From positions 1 through 64,000 of the forward strand of contig CDMY01000332.1 of the NCBI GenBank assembly GCA_001179505.1: a DNA stretch of 64,000 nucleotides, given 5' to 3'. Below, in pieces: positions 36,628 through 49,180 of the stretch. The translations under genes were made by a program, and so were the position numbers. The first letter of the stretch is position 1, and each line of letters begins with the position of its first letter. The notes below the pieces were generated by a model. That model saw only the letters and a list, made by a program, of their open reading frames with translations. It ran no database searches and was not told where the DNA came from. The DNA is from Vitrella brassicaformis CCMP3155. Taxonomy: Eukaryota; Protista; Chromerida.

Positions 36628-37460
36628 CTAAGGCGTTGACTGTTTTCTGATGTCACTGACAAGCCTCTCTCCGAGCGCTGACAAAGACGACAGTAAATGA
36701 AGTCTGCATGCTGGAATGAAGAACCTCATACAGGGTGGAACAAATACTGAGCGCTGGATGAGGGATGTGAAGGCCTCATTGTCCTTTCTCGTGGCATAGA
36801 GGCGTTCCACAAGTTGAGGGTCTTCGGCGAGTGCGATAGCAAGCTGGTCGTACTCGCCGTTGCCGTATTCGGAGGTCGATTTTACCACATGAAGCACTGT
36901 CTTGAGCCTGTCGCTTGTCCCGCTCGTGTCGCTTTCGCTCGGCATCATCACCAAGGTGTCATGCCCTCCCCCTTGGCCCGTACTTGGTGCGAGATGAAAT
37001 TGTGCAGCTCCTGGTTCGTCTCCTCGTATCGCTGCATCACCGTCCGGAGGGTGGCGGGGTGCAGGTCCTGTTCCGGATGGCGGGCTAGGCTGGGCGGCAG
37101 TGGTGTCAAGTCTTCCTCCTCTTCTAGTGGGCCAGGATGATGGTGAGTTGCTGCATGAGAGACCGGCACAAAGGCACACACGAGAGACTGCCTGAATAAG
37201 TGGATAAGTGACGCTCGATGACTGACCTCATTGGTGTGGTGGTGCCTAGCACTGAAGTCTATCAGATGCCCATAAATCTCCCTATGATCAGGAAACAGCA
37301 GCCAGCGACCGCAATCGGCATCGCGCCCTCATGCGTCTTGCATCCGGCAGCGGACCGGCCATATGTGACGCTGTGTGGGCGAGGGCGACAGCTGTTGAGC
37401 TCACGAGTGTCAGCAAGAGCGATAAAGGATGGAATAGGTCACCAGAGGGATGATGCCGAA
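36628..37460 (-). pseudogene. Diverged paralog of the 35-36.3 kb locus sharing only the 5' module; probably decayed
   Basis: 37125-37450 aligns with 36100-36330 (gtgacgctgtgtgggcgagggcgacagctgttgagctc; gtgggccaggatgatggt). It has an ~150-nt insertion and TAG where the paralog has TAC. Confidence 0.45.
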
Positions 37461-37825
37461 CCAGTGGTTTTTTATTTTTTTTTAACGGCCCGTCTCCGTC
37501 TCGATTCTCGACAGGCGGGAGACAAGCTGTCAATCTTGTACTTTCCACTCCGGATGCATCGAGACAGATGAAGCCCGAAGGCTAAAGAGAAAAGCGGCTG
37601 CAGTCACACATCTATCTACATTGGCATGAATCAATCCGTCAGCCCTCCGTAGCAAGTACTCATGAACGCCCACACGCATGTCTCTCCTCACCATCTCCGA
37701 CAGACTCTCTCTCTCTGTCTTCTACACGCCCACCCAAGGGTCTGTCTGTCTGCCCGGCCGTGGCCCTCACACGGCCTTGTCTATCTATCTGCGTATCTGT
37801 CGGTCTATCTATCTACCCGTTGCCC

Positions 37826-40474
37826 TCAAGGGTACTCGCGGAACTCGACCGAGTCCGACCGGTAGATGGTGGGCGGCAGCTGCCACGAGTTGCCCGGTTC
37901 CCAGTAGATGTCCAGATGTCTGGCAACAAGCACGGACAGCAACACATCCATCCATCCATCCATTCACTCATTCGTCCATGGAAGTGTGTGTGTCGTCTTA
38001 CGCGTAGATGTCGGGCTTGTATGTCACGTAGGACATGGGCGAGATGCAGTTGAGAGTCTGTGGCGTGGCAGTGGCACCTCCACGTCCCCCCTTCCACAGG
38101 GGCGCGAGCCCCTTGGCGCGCAGGTCGTTGAGCACACGATGGACGTCTTTCTGGTCCGTGAAGTCCCTCGTGTGCACACCGAGCATGTACAGGCGGCGAC
38201 CTCGGTCGTCCTCCTTGGGCTCGACGGTGTGCTTGGCAGCTGGGCCGAGCTTCCCCTCGCTGTGCAAATCGATCGCGCGAGCACAGGCCGTGCGCAGGTT
38301 GTTCTCTCCATCTGGGAGAGGGCAACAACAGAAACGTATCCACATATGTCATCGCATCAGACAGATGCACTTTTCTTGAGGTGCAGCCAGGCCAGCTCGT
38401 CTGTCCGACCAAAATGGAGCATCCATTTGCCGGCCACGCACCCCATCTCGGCCGCCAGCTGGAGGAGCCTCTCCTTGATGACGGTGTTCTTGCCGCCGTG
38501 CGCTTGGTCCGTCAGAATCTGCAGACCCCTCGACTGGATCTTGGCAATGTCATAGTGATTCTCTCCCGTCGGCTCGTTCCACAGATAGTGATACTGAGTG
38601 TCGCGCTTGTGTTTGGCGCCTTGAGATGGCTGGCCAGCGGGCGGGTGCGATGGATGGGGAGGGCAGGATGGAGCGCGCCTCTTCTCGGTCTCTCGAGACA
38701 ACGCTGAGCACAAACCACAAACATCACACAAGACCACACCACACCCATGACACCACATCCATCCATCCACCCACCCGCCGCCCAGGTACCTGAGTGCTTG
38801 ATGCCCGCCTTCTGCTGCTGCTGCTGCTGCTGCTGCTGATGGGTGCGGTCAGCCCCAGCGTTGATCTCCCTCATCAGCTGCATCGCCAGGGCGTGGTCGG
38901 CTTCCTCCTGGCGCTTGCGGCAAAGCTCTTCGTCCGTCATGGAGGCATCCAGGTCCATGGCGGTGGGCTGGGAGGGACCTGCCGGCGCTGCGGCCGCTGC
39001 AGCAGATGCCGATGCGCTCACGCCGGATGAGGTGGCGCCGGCTGTGGTCTTGGCGGCCTTGGCCTGCTTCTCGCCCTCCTCCTTGCGCTTCAGGTACTCC
39101 TCGTCTGTGAAGTCGTTGGAGCTGTACTGCGTCACGGGCGACAGGCGCAGATCCGCCCACGTGCCTGTGTTGCCAGAATACACGTCCAAAATCCTGATCA
39201 ACCAACCAATACACACACATGCGCAGCGCACAGAGAGGGAGGGAGAGCGCACAAAGCACAGCACAGCACAGCACAGCACGTGAGTGAGTCGGTATATGCG
39301 GTGCATGGGTTCCTGCTGGCTGCCGTACGTACGTCAGCAGATCGAGCTTGTAGCGGACTCGTTTGTTGCCCCTGAACTCCTCACCACCACCGCCGCCGCC
39401 CTGCTGCTGCTGCTGCTGCTGGTGGTCATCTCCAGGCGTCCCGTCGGCCACCACACCGATCTTGCGGAGGCCGTTGAGGACGCGCTTGACCTCCTGCCGG
39501 TCGCGGAAGTCGGGACTGTACACACAGATGACGTACATGGGGCCGCTGGGCCTCAGGGCGCACTTGGAGCAGTTGCCCAGCTGCCCCTGGCTGGTCGCCA
39601 ACGCCACACGACGCCACGCCTCATCTATCATGTCATCACCTGCAGTGCAATGCATGCATGCATCAGCATCACACGGACGCACGGACGGACGGACGGACGG
39701 ACGGACGGACGGCAACACCACAAGACACAGTAAGTAACGTCCATCAATGCATTGCAAAGAGGCCTTCCTTCCTTGCTTCCTTCCTTGCCTCCTTGCTTCT
39801 GTCTTTCCTTCTCACCCACCGAAGTAGAGGAGCCACTTGCCGGTGACGCACTTGGTGTCGATGGCCAACTGCGTCAGTCGCTCCAGGGTCTCCTTGCGAA
39901 TCACCCCCCTCTTGGCCCCGGGCTGCTTGAGCTTCTCGCGACAATCGAGCAGAATGGCCTCGCCTCTGGCCTCGATGGCCTTGACCTCCTGCTCCGAGAA
40001 CTCAGGCTCAGGCTGGCCGCCGTCATGCCGCACCAACCGCCACCTGCCACGCAGCGTCTCGTGCACCTGATGGCTGGCGCGTGTGCTGCTGGGGTTGGCC
40101 AAGGGCAGATGCGATGAATGGTTGCCCCTGGTCGGGGGGGGTCGGGCCTGCTGCTGCTGCTGCTGATGGGTGCGGTCAGCCCCAGCGTTGATCTCGCCCG
40201 ACAGCTGCATCGCCAGGGCGTGGTCGGCTTCCTCCTGGCGCTTGCGGCAACGCTCCTCGTCCGTCATGGAGGCATCCAGGTCCCTGGCGGCGGGCTGGGA
40301 GGGACCTGCCGGCGCTGCGGCCGCTGCAGCAGATGCCGATGCGCTCACGCCGGATGAGGTGGCGCCGGCTGTGGTCTTGGCGGCCTTGGCCTGCTTCTCG
40401 CCCTCCTCCTTGCGCTTCAGGTACTCCTCCTTTCTGCGCTTGCGGATCTCAGCCAGCTGAGATTCTGAATCCAT
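37826..40474 (-). CDS. Protein with two DUF1917/UPF0696 (C11orf68-like, eIF4E-like fold) domains; exons 40474-39820, 39639-39333, 39193-38790, 38703-38371, 38311-38002, 37919-37826
   Basis: Domain 1: CVTGKWLLYFG..EAWRRVA..GQLG..KC..YVICVYSPDFRDRQEVKRVL..RYKLDLLTILDVYSGN. Domain 2: CVAGKWMLHF..GKLG..LGVHTRDFTDQKDVHRVL..TYKPDIYAHLDIY..NSWQLPPTIY. All exons join in frame. Confidence 0.85.
38822..40429. repeat. Near-identical ~280-bp internal repeat (38822-39102 and 40148-40429)
   Basis: Both copies encode EEYLKRKEEGEKQAKAAKTTAGATSSGVSASASAAAAAAPAGPSQP...EEADHALAMQL..EINAGADRTHQQQQQ with only a handful of substitutions. Confidence 0.95.
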
Positions 40475-40616
40475 CAGACGAGGCTTCCAATGCACATTCG
40501 CCCGTTCATTCCCCTTTTCGGGAAAGCTCGCAAAACCCTGCACCCTTTCCGAAACCCTGCGAGTTGCGCAGCGGATCAATCCGTTTTGGCGGCTTTCCTG
40601 CTGCGGGAGTCAGAGG

Positions 40617-42743
40617 ATGCGGCTGCGGGAGCGGGAGGATGCGCCCCTTGACGTCCTCGACCCATCCTATCTCCGGCACATCACCGACGCAGATGACCTT
40701 TCATCCGTCCGGAGCGTCGAGCTGTGCGTGGATGTGGACGAGCAGCCCATCGCCGAGTTGGGGGAGCTCCTGCCCTCTCTGCGTCACCTGCGGCTCAATG
40801 GGTCCAACGTGCCGTCGCTTCGGGAGCTGGGCGTGCGGTTCGGCTGTTTGCGGGTGCTGTGGCTGACGCGCTGCGGAGTGAGGGATCTGGGAGGGGTGCA
40901 GGGGCTGCCTGCACTGCAGGAACTCTATCTGGCGTTTAATGCTATCGAAGAGCTCTGGCCGCTGGCAGGTGCGATGGATGAATGAATGCACTCACCCCAC
41001 ACACACAGACACAATCACACACATACGCACATACACACACACATACACACGCATCTCCGTTCCCTGTGTGTGCATGGTTTTTGCCGTCTGTCCATCCGTC
41101 AGGCCACGAGTGTCTGGAGGTTCTCGACCTCGAGGGCAATGAGTTGCGGTCGTTGCAGGAGGTGACCTTCCTCACATCATGCCCGGCTCTCAGACACCTG
41201 ACCCTCCAGGCCAACCCCCTCACACACGACCCCGCCTTCTCGCCCCAGTGGGTGGCCGAGCGGCTGCCACAGCTGCAAACCCTCGACGACGCCCCGCTGG
41301 GCAGCAGGAGCGGGCTGCTCGAGGTGGAGGAGGTCGGCGAGGAGAGCGAGGAGAGGCAGCAGGAATCGGAGCCTGACGAGTGGGACGAGGTGCCGTCTGG
41401 CCGTGGTGTTCCGGTGCCGACTTATGCGCGAGGGCATGAGGTAGAGGTGCTCGACCTGTCGCAGCTCGACGCCATCGAGGAGGAGAACGAGGAGGACAAT
41501 GGTCCGATGGGTGGCCCCTCGGGCGGTGGCTTCTCGTCTGGGTCGTGCAACCCTTGCCTGTCGGCCATGCCCCCTCTGGAGTGTCTAGTGTCGTCTCCGC
41601 GGCTGAGAAGGATGAAGGCCGACGTCGAGAGGGATATGGGCAGGGAGGGCGATGCGGCAGAATCGGCCGCAGCTGGTGGTGCGGTTCGTGGTGGCGGTGA
41701 TGTGTTTCCTGGTGAGCCTGCGGAGGAGGAACTGCTCGTTGAGAGCATCAAGGTGAGTGGGGTAAGGGTGTCTGACGATGGACTTGCGCGACTCGAGAGG
41801 TTCTTTGGCTTGGTTGGGTTGATTCAGGCGTGTCGGAGCGCTGCTGCCACGGTGTCAGCTGCCTCATCCAGCAGCGCATCGCGGGCGTCACACCGCCCCA
41901 CATCGGCTGCAGCACTCAACCAGAGGACGCACATGCCATCCAGACCCCGTAAGTTGACAAACCGAGACCACTGGACATCCTGTGCGCGTGTATCTATCGC
42001 TGCCTGCCACTGTCTGCATCCTTCAATTCAGAGAGCGCGGCGTCCCACCACGGGCCCTTCCCGGTCCCCCCTCCCCTCTCCCTTCGCCGCCCCTCCACTC
42101 CAGCCGTCCCGCCCCCCTCGCTCGTGTATCATCACCGGCCTGCATCGGACTTCGGCTGGGTGGCCGACGAACAGCATGGTGCGGCCGACAGCGGTGTGTC
42201 AGACCTCACTGTCGGCACTGATCGCAGCTTCGCGGGCAGCCCCTTGGCGGCTATCCGCCACAGTAGACAGAGGAGCACGCAGAGTGCGCGTGTTGGGGAG
42301 AGGGGGAGGGGCGGTGGTGGTGCCGGCGGTGTGTTGGGCATCCGTGCACTGATGGCTCAGGTGCGGCTGGAGGCGGCCACGACCATGAGTGCTGAGGAGA
42401 GGGAGTGGATGAAGCAGCAGCAGAGGCAACACAGTAGACAAGTACGAACGGCCAGCGGCACCTTTACACATGCATAGAGTGTCATCAAACGGGTGTGTAT
42501 CTGTTTTCTCAGCATCGTCGCATCGTGACGCCTCCCGCCCCCTCCCAGGCCCCACAGCCGCCATCCACGCCCAGCGACTCCGCATTCGTCCGCCGCAGAG
42601 TGCCGAGTTGTCGTGTTCATGGCGCTGCCGCGGAGGAAAGCAAGGAGGGCGGGCTGCGCGTCAATGAGGCGGAATGTCACAGTGCCGGCAGCACAGCGGC
42701 CACCAGGGCGCCCACGAGTGCCCAGAGCAGTGGGGTGGGGTGA
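40617..42743 (+). CDS. LRRC56: LRRC56-like leucine-rich-repeat protein (ciliary dynein assembly/transport factor family); exons 40617-40968, 41103-41752, 41828-41948, ~42031-42441, ~42512-42743
   Basis: LGELLPSLRHLRLNGSNVPSLRELG...LRVLWLTRCGVRDLGGV..LPALQELYLAFNAIEEL..L..HECLEVLDLEGN..L..CPALRHLTLQANP, plus the later SDLTVG...GSPLAAIR motif. 3' boundaries are approximate. Confidence 0.82.
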
Positions 42744-43082
42744 GGGGAGGACGCATCGGTGGGTTGGCATGGCACGTGTATGGGATGGGTGGTGTTTGAC
42801 ATCCGTACACGTACCCATACGTACGTGTTGTGAAGCGATCGGATCGGCAGACCGGACCGATGCATGCGTTGATTGACTCGACTCGTGTGTGTGCTGTGCC
42901 TTCATTCATTCATTCGTTGATGGCCAGAGGGATGGAAGGATGGAGGGATGGATGTTGGGTGCACGTACGTCTCGCATGCATCCAGCGGACAGATAGAGCG
43001 TCGGCACTCAGCCGCTGAGCTCAGGCTGAGCCAAGGAGAGCTGCACATGGCCTCATGTCTCTCTGAGGCGTCTCTCCCCCTC

Positions 43083-44638
43083 TCACAAGAAAGACCATTC
43101 TGAGTTGCGTCGCTTGGTGTACTTGGTCCCACGGGGGGCGAACCGCAGCCGGAACAGGCCCATGACGGGGGTGTGGTCACTGAGTCGTATTGACGGGAAG
43201 GAGTTGTAGCCACACCTGCATCAGTCAGTGTCCACACACACACACACACACACAGAGGGAGCTTTCCCCTAGGCCTCGCTGCATGGGTCGGTCGCTCACC
43301 CGACGAGTGCCCACCGCACAGACCAGCTCCGGGCGAAGACTCTGTCACAGTACTGAGGGCAGTGCTAAAGTTTTAAGACACAGGGGACAGCGTCTGATCA
43401 GAAAACTGGATGACATCGTGAGAGCAGTACCTCCTCCATGTAGCATATTCCTGACACCACACAGGCAGACAATTGATTGAGAACAGACAGACAGACAGAC
43501 GTGTGTATTTCCGGCCTCATTGGATTGGGATGTCTCCCTCCCTCCCTCTCTCCCTCCCTCCCTCCCTCCCTCTCCCCCTCTGTGTGTGTGTGTGTGTGTG
43601 CGGACATGCAGTGAACGTCCTCGAGTGCGCACCTGCTCTGCACAGCTTCAGTTGGGTATTCTCGATGGCCTGCATGCCTTCCACTGTCTTGTCCATCGAA
43701 ATCGTGGCGTTGCCCGCTGCCCCACCCGCGGCCGTGCGCATGCTAGGCGGCACAAACGCCAGGCATCGGTAGCCGAGGCGGTCGACCATTTCCTCAGTGG
43801 TAGCCTCTTCTTTCTACTTCAGCCTCCTGCAGTCGTGACGCTTGACGGGCTCACTCCGACTCTGCAGGCCAGCAAAAAGACATGCGTGACTCAAGCGAGA
43901 AATCGACCGACCGATCGACCGACCGGTCTGTCTGTCTGTCTGTCTCTCGCATGTGTGACATACATACACACAAACAAAGACACAAACCGACGATGGGTAG
44001 GTGGAATGTGGGCAAAAAGTCGATGGCCATCTCCTTCCACTCGGCGTCGAGGAAACAGCACAGCTCGTTGTCTCCTCCTTGCTCTTCCGGCAGTGGTGGG
44101 CTATCTTAGTTCTGCCTCCTCCACAGCCCCGTCGACCTCCAGGTATTTTGCTCTGATGGGCGTCATGTTGCCTGTCCACAAATTGACATAACCCTCGTCC
44201 GGCTGACCCAGGATTTCTGTCAAGAACATAGGCTTCCGAATGTATGTGTTGGACAGAATGTATGAACCGGAGAAGGGATGCCACGGCATGGAAAAGTATC
44301 TGTCGAAGCAAGTGTCAGGGAGACTGTCCTGGAGATTCCCCGGGATGCCTCGGGGGTTGAAGTCGGCATTGACGATTGCGACGTCACACGCCAGCAAGTG
44401 TTCTGCCTCTGTTGCTTCAGCGGTGCCGCCGCCGAATGCTTTGAAAATGGTGGAAGCCTGCTTGATGCGGCTGGTGGGCGATGCCGTGCTGTCGAGGTGA
44501 GCCCCGCCGAAGCACAGCTGTAAGCTGGTTCGAGCGCCGGTCGGTGTCTTCCACCAGATGGGGATTTTGGCCAGAACGGCCTCCTTGGTTGCGGTAGTCC
44601 TGCCCTGCCCGCTGGCTGTCTTGAACTGCGCGGTGACA

Positions 44639-44676
<38 letters not shown>

Positions 44677-45725
44677 CGAGACACAAAGGAGACACACTCA
44701 CAGATGATGTCCCCCCCCACACCCCCACACTCTGTGCGACCTTTTCTGACCGCATTGACGGCAGCCGTCTTGAGTGCCGTCTTGCGTGGGCCCCCTGCGT
44801 CGTGCTGCATGAAGGAGAGCTCCGCGGCCTTGACTTGATCACCTTTGACCAACGAGAAACGATCCATCTCGAGCAACACGGCCATGACCACCCCGTCTCG
44901 CGTGTCGGGCAGTCCTGCTTCAACCCTAGGGACTTCCGCCTGGCCCTCGGAGACGTAGAGCGATCCCCACAAGTAGATCGGCACTTTGTGAATGTTTTTG
45001 ATAAACCGTGGGACGAGCCAGTGGGCGGGGTAGTGGCCACTGAAGGAGGGGGTCGCAGCCGCCGAGCTCTTTGCAGCCTTTGCGTCGGCGTCGAAGATCA
45101 GCAACGAGTAGAAGTGTTCCTTGGCCCAATGGTGCAACCTGCAGGCAGACGATAGGTGTGCGGTGTGCAATGTGTTGGCTGCACAAAGGCATCTCCTACG
45201 TGGTCCCGGCCGCTCACCACCTGCCCAGCCCGGCTTCGCCGTTCTCCTGCACATCAACCAACCAACCAACGAGGATGCCCAATGGGTTCACTCATTGATT
45301 CATTCATTCATTGACTCCTTCTTTCTCACGCACTGCTTGCCTGCAGTGTCAGATGGATGACCGCGCCCTCCCCATCAACATCAGCACTGCACGTCGCGAG
45401 CAGCGTCCCCAACGCCGAGAAGAGCTCGTCCCCGGTCACGCCACCGGTGGCCGCCTTGCCACTCTCGCTGCCTGCATCTGTCGGAAAAATGTCCTCATCA
45501 CACATAATGAGGCCGACACAAGACATGCATGAACACCCCTTGGCTGCCTGCCTGCCTGCACAGCCTATGTATGGTCTTACTGTATGTGACGGAACAAAGG
45601 CCGATGGCGGGCTGCTGGTCGCTGCTGCACTTGTCCGACAGTGGCAGCTGCCAAGGGGCGTCGGCGAGGGAGCTGGTGCGACACAGCGACAGGAACAATA
45701 GCAAAGTGGACGCAAGGAAGGTCAT
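43083..45725 (-). CDS. Inositol-polyphosphate 5-phosphatase-like EEP enzyme with N-terminal signal peptide; multi-exon, middle exons uncertain
   Basis: MTFLASTLLLFLSLCRTSSLA signal. IHLTLQ|EN (via a GC donor at 45340 and a 26-nt exon 45246-45221), TKEAV, LCFGGAHL, AIVNADFNPR, YCDRVF and SDHTPV occur in the canonical 5-phosphatase order. Confidence 0.72.
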
Positions 45726-45899
45726 GGTCAGCGAGACGAGACGCTGGTGTCACGGTGGGCCTTATGCATCCGGCCCATGTGGCCAGGCTGTTCGACGAGC
45801 TCAAGTTCGTCCGACCGTGACGTGACTGATATCCTGTACCAGTGACTTGAAGATAAGAATCATGCCCACCGGTATGTAGTCCTTTACCCACTCACTCAC

Positions 45900-48600
45900 T
45901 CTCACTCATGTACATACAGCCGGAGCCAGCTTGTCTTGTTGTTGTATGCAGTTCTACGATAAAAAGGCATCGCCCATCCACCCCATCCATCCATCGTCGG
46001 CCTGCTGCATGCATGACGCACCCTCACGATGGCACACGGAGGAGGTCCCCTTCCTCTGTCCATCTTGGCTTTTTGCTCGCGCGTTGGGGCGTGTGCATGT
46101 CTGATGCAAGGATGGCCACTCCCTCTCTCACTCCCTCACTTGTTCCACCTATGGGACCTAAATACTCATAATACGTGTGACAGACGGACAGACAGCTGCG
46201 CAGGGAGACACCCAAACACAGAGACACACAGACGCTCACATGGGCGAGGGTGGTGCGTGGTGTGGCGAGATGTGAATATGATGTGTCCGCTCCCTGCCTG
46301 TCTGCCCCCCTCCCCCCTTAGGGATACATACATCACACACATCACAGTGCTGCATTCGTGGCCTGCCTGCCTGCCTGTAATGATACAGTTACTCAACTGA
46401 GTCAGTCAGTCAGCTGGGGTGGGTGTGGTGGCGATGTATGTGACGGCTGTCCGCACCAGGGTCACTTACGATAAAAGGCCGGTATGCACACACCACGGCG
46501 ATTAGATACATTATCACATACCCACAGTGACGCATGGATGGATGGATAGATGGATGGGTGGCACCTGGATGGATGGATGGAGCAGATGTCCCAACCGACC
46601 GACCGACAGACAGGGAGAGAGGAGGGGATAGGAGAAAAAGGAAGCGACCACGCCAGTGAGGTGAGGTGAGGAGCAAAGCAAAAATGACACACGGACAACG
46701 CTGGCTGGCTCAAAACAGACAGACACACCGACACAGAAAGAGACACTGAGACACTGAGACGGACGGACGGACGAACAGGCAGTCAGCGAGCCGGAAAAGC
46801 AAAACCGACGATGAATGAATGAATGGATGGACCAATCAGCCAGTCAGTCAGTCAGTCGACAAAACAAGAGGGGCCACTGCGCTGCCTTCCGTTGCGTCGT
46901 GTGAGTGAGTGCAGGGGCGAATTGCCATGTGCGACCACATGCATCCGACCCACATCACACTCACACACACACACACACACGCGTAACCCCACACCACCAA
47001 TATATATAAGACACACAGACAGACAGACAACCAACCAAACGACCGAACGACCGAACGAACGAACGAATGAGAGCGCCTCCCTCCCTCCCTCATTTCACAA
47101 ACCAACCATGCACACCGCGGCTATGCAGGCAGCCGCCATCAGGGAAATGTCATGGCGCCCGCCCATTGTCTGTCTGTCTGTCTGTCTGTCTTTCAGCAAT
47201 ATCGGTGCGATGCAGCACGGTAAGGCACCCCCAACGCTTGATCCCCCCATCCCCCCCCTGCGGGTGCCTGCCGCTTACGAAAACCAGACAAACGCAATTT
47301 CCTGCATATACATGTCCACATTGCTTTGCTGCGAATTATCACCATCACCGCAACACACACCAGGGCATGCACACACACACACGCAGCGTGTCAGTGAGGC
47401 GGGACTATGTGTGGATGGATGGACGGATGGATGGATGGAGAGAAGGCAAAAGCAACTGACCGACGATCAGGCGCTGCGCCGTGCCCATGGGGTATGCGGC
47501 GCGTTCTCTGTCTGTTGAAAACCACCGCGCCTCTCCGTCGCCTCCCTGGTTGAAAAATGATCACAACACAGCTCACACATCACTCAGCAGACTCGCTTGT
47601 CTCGACTCGCGCCCATAGGGACACCGACACGCACGTCAGCCACCCAGGCAGGCAGACGGACAGGTGGACACCCAGGCATGCCGCCAGAAATAACACTTAA
47701 CCCCTCTCTGAATGCCGCGCCCCATCCTCTCTCTGTAAAGATATAAAGCTATAACACACCAACACAACACACCGTCTCCTGTCTGTCTATCTGTCTGTCT
47801 GTCGGTCGGTCGGTCGGTCTCGCCCGCACCCACACCACACCCAGCGCACAGAGAGAGCCCAGTGAGTGGCCATCAGCAGCAGCAATGCACCCTGGGTGGG
47901 TACCCACCTCCACCTCCACACACACATAAACAGACAGCAACACGCTAAATGTACATGCCACCCCACGCCACGCCCCCGACCACCGCCGCCACCAGGCCTC
48001 TCCAAATCCACCCAACCAACCCCACCCGCCGCTGGCAGCCCTCCAGCCCTCCAGCCAGCTGTCGTGTGATGGGTAATAATGTCTCCTCGCTCCCCTCTCC
48101 CCCTCTCCCTCCCCCTCTTGATCCTTGGCTTAGCCGGCTGACTGAGCTGGGCTCTACACGAGAGAGAGTGGGGTGGGTGATGATGGACATTCATTCATTC
48201 ATTCATTCAGTCAGTCAGTCAGTCAGTTATTCAATGGCGTGAGTGACCCACACGGACCCCTGGCTATAGACCGCACACACACACACTCACACATCAGACA
48301 GACGGACAGGAACATGCATATTGATGGGGACACATGTGGGTGCATGGATGGGTGGATGGATAAAAGGGCGAGGGGCCTGCCTGCCTGCCTGTCTGTCTGT
48401 CTGCTGGCCTGTCTTGCGGCGCTGGACATTGCAGCGTCCTTCACACGCACACAAACACACACACACACATGACACACAAGAAGACAGAGAGGGAGGGAGG
48501 GAGGGAGGGAGAAAGGAGTGGTGGAGTAGGAACCGAGCAGGGCGGGAGCACTCTGCTGGGTCGCTCTCCGGCTTGCCATCAGCCCATCATTCAATCAGTC
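45900..48600. repeat. Microsatellite-dense intergenic tract
   Basis: GATG, GACA, CAGT, CA and GAAC repeats. No credible spliced coding frame found. Confidence 0.65.
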
Positions 48601-48623
48601 GGTCGTTCACTCGATAATAATCA

Positions 48624-49143
48624 TCATGTCCACGCGAGCCCCAAAACCGGTAGCCCCACGCCGCATATCAACACTGCACACACACACACACACACACAGA
48701 GCGAAAGCACAATCGAGCTGTTGGTTGCCCGTGCCTGATGCCTGAGTGTGTGTTAACGCGTGGCTCACGCACTCACCGGTGTAAGCGGCGAGTGCTGGTC
48801 CATAGTGCGTCATGAAGTACTTGGGCGACAGAAAAGCATCGGGGGGCTGGACAGGTGCGACACCAGCAGCGGAGCCACCAGCACCAGCACCATCAGCACC
48901 ATCACTACCACTACCAGCGTCTGCAAGGGCTGTGATGCTCACGGGCCTCCTCCGCCCTGGGTCAAGGCACACACAAGGGCAGATGGTGCCAGCAGTGGGT
49001 GTGTGTAGAGAGTGTGTGTGTGTGTGTGTGCAGGTACCCGTGACAGCGATGGCGGCGGCCAGCATGTTTTCCGCGGCGAGGGCCTGGCCCACACACCCGC
49101 CAAGCACCGTCATGCTCAGCATTGACGACACCGACAGACCCTA

Positions 49144-49180
<37 letters not shown>

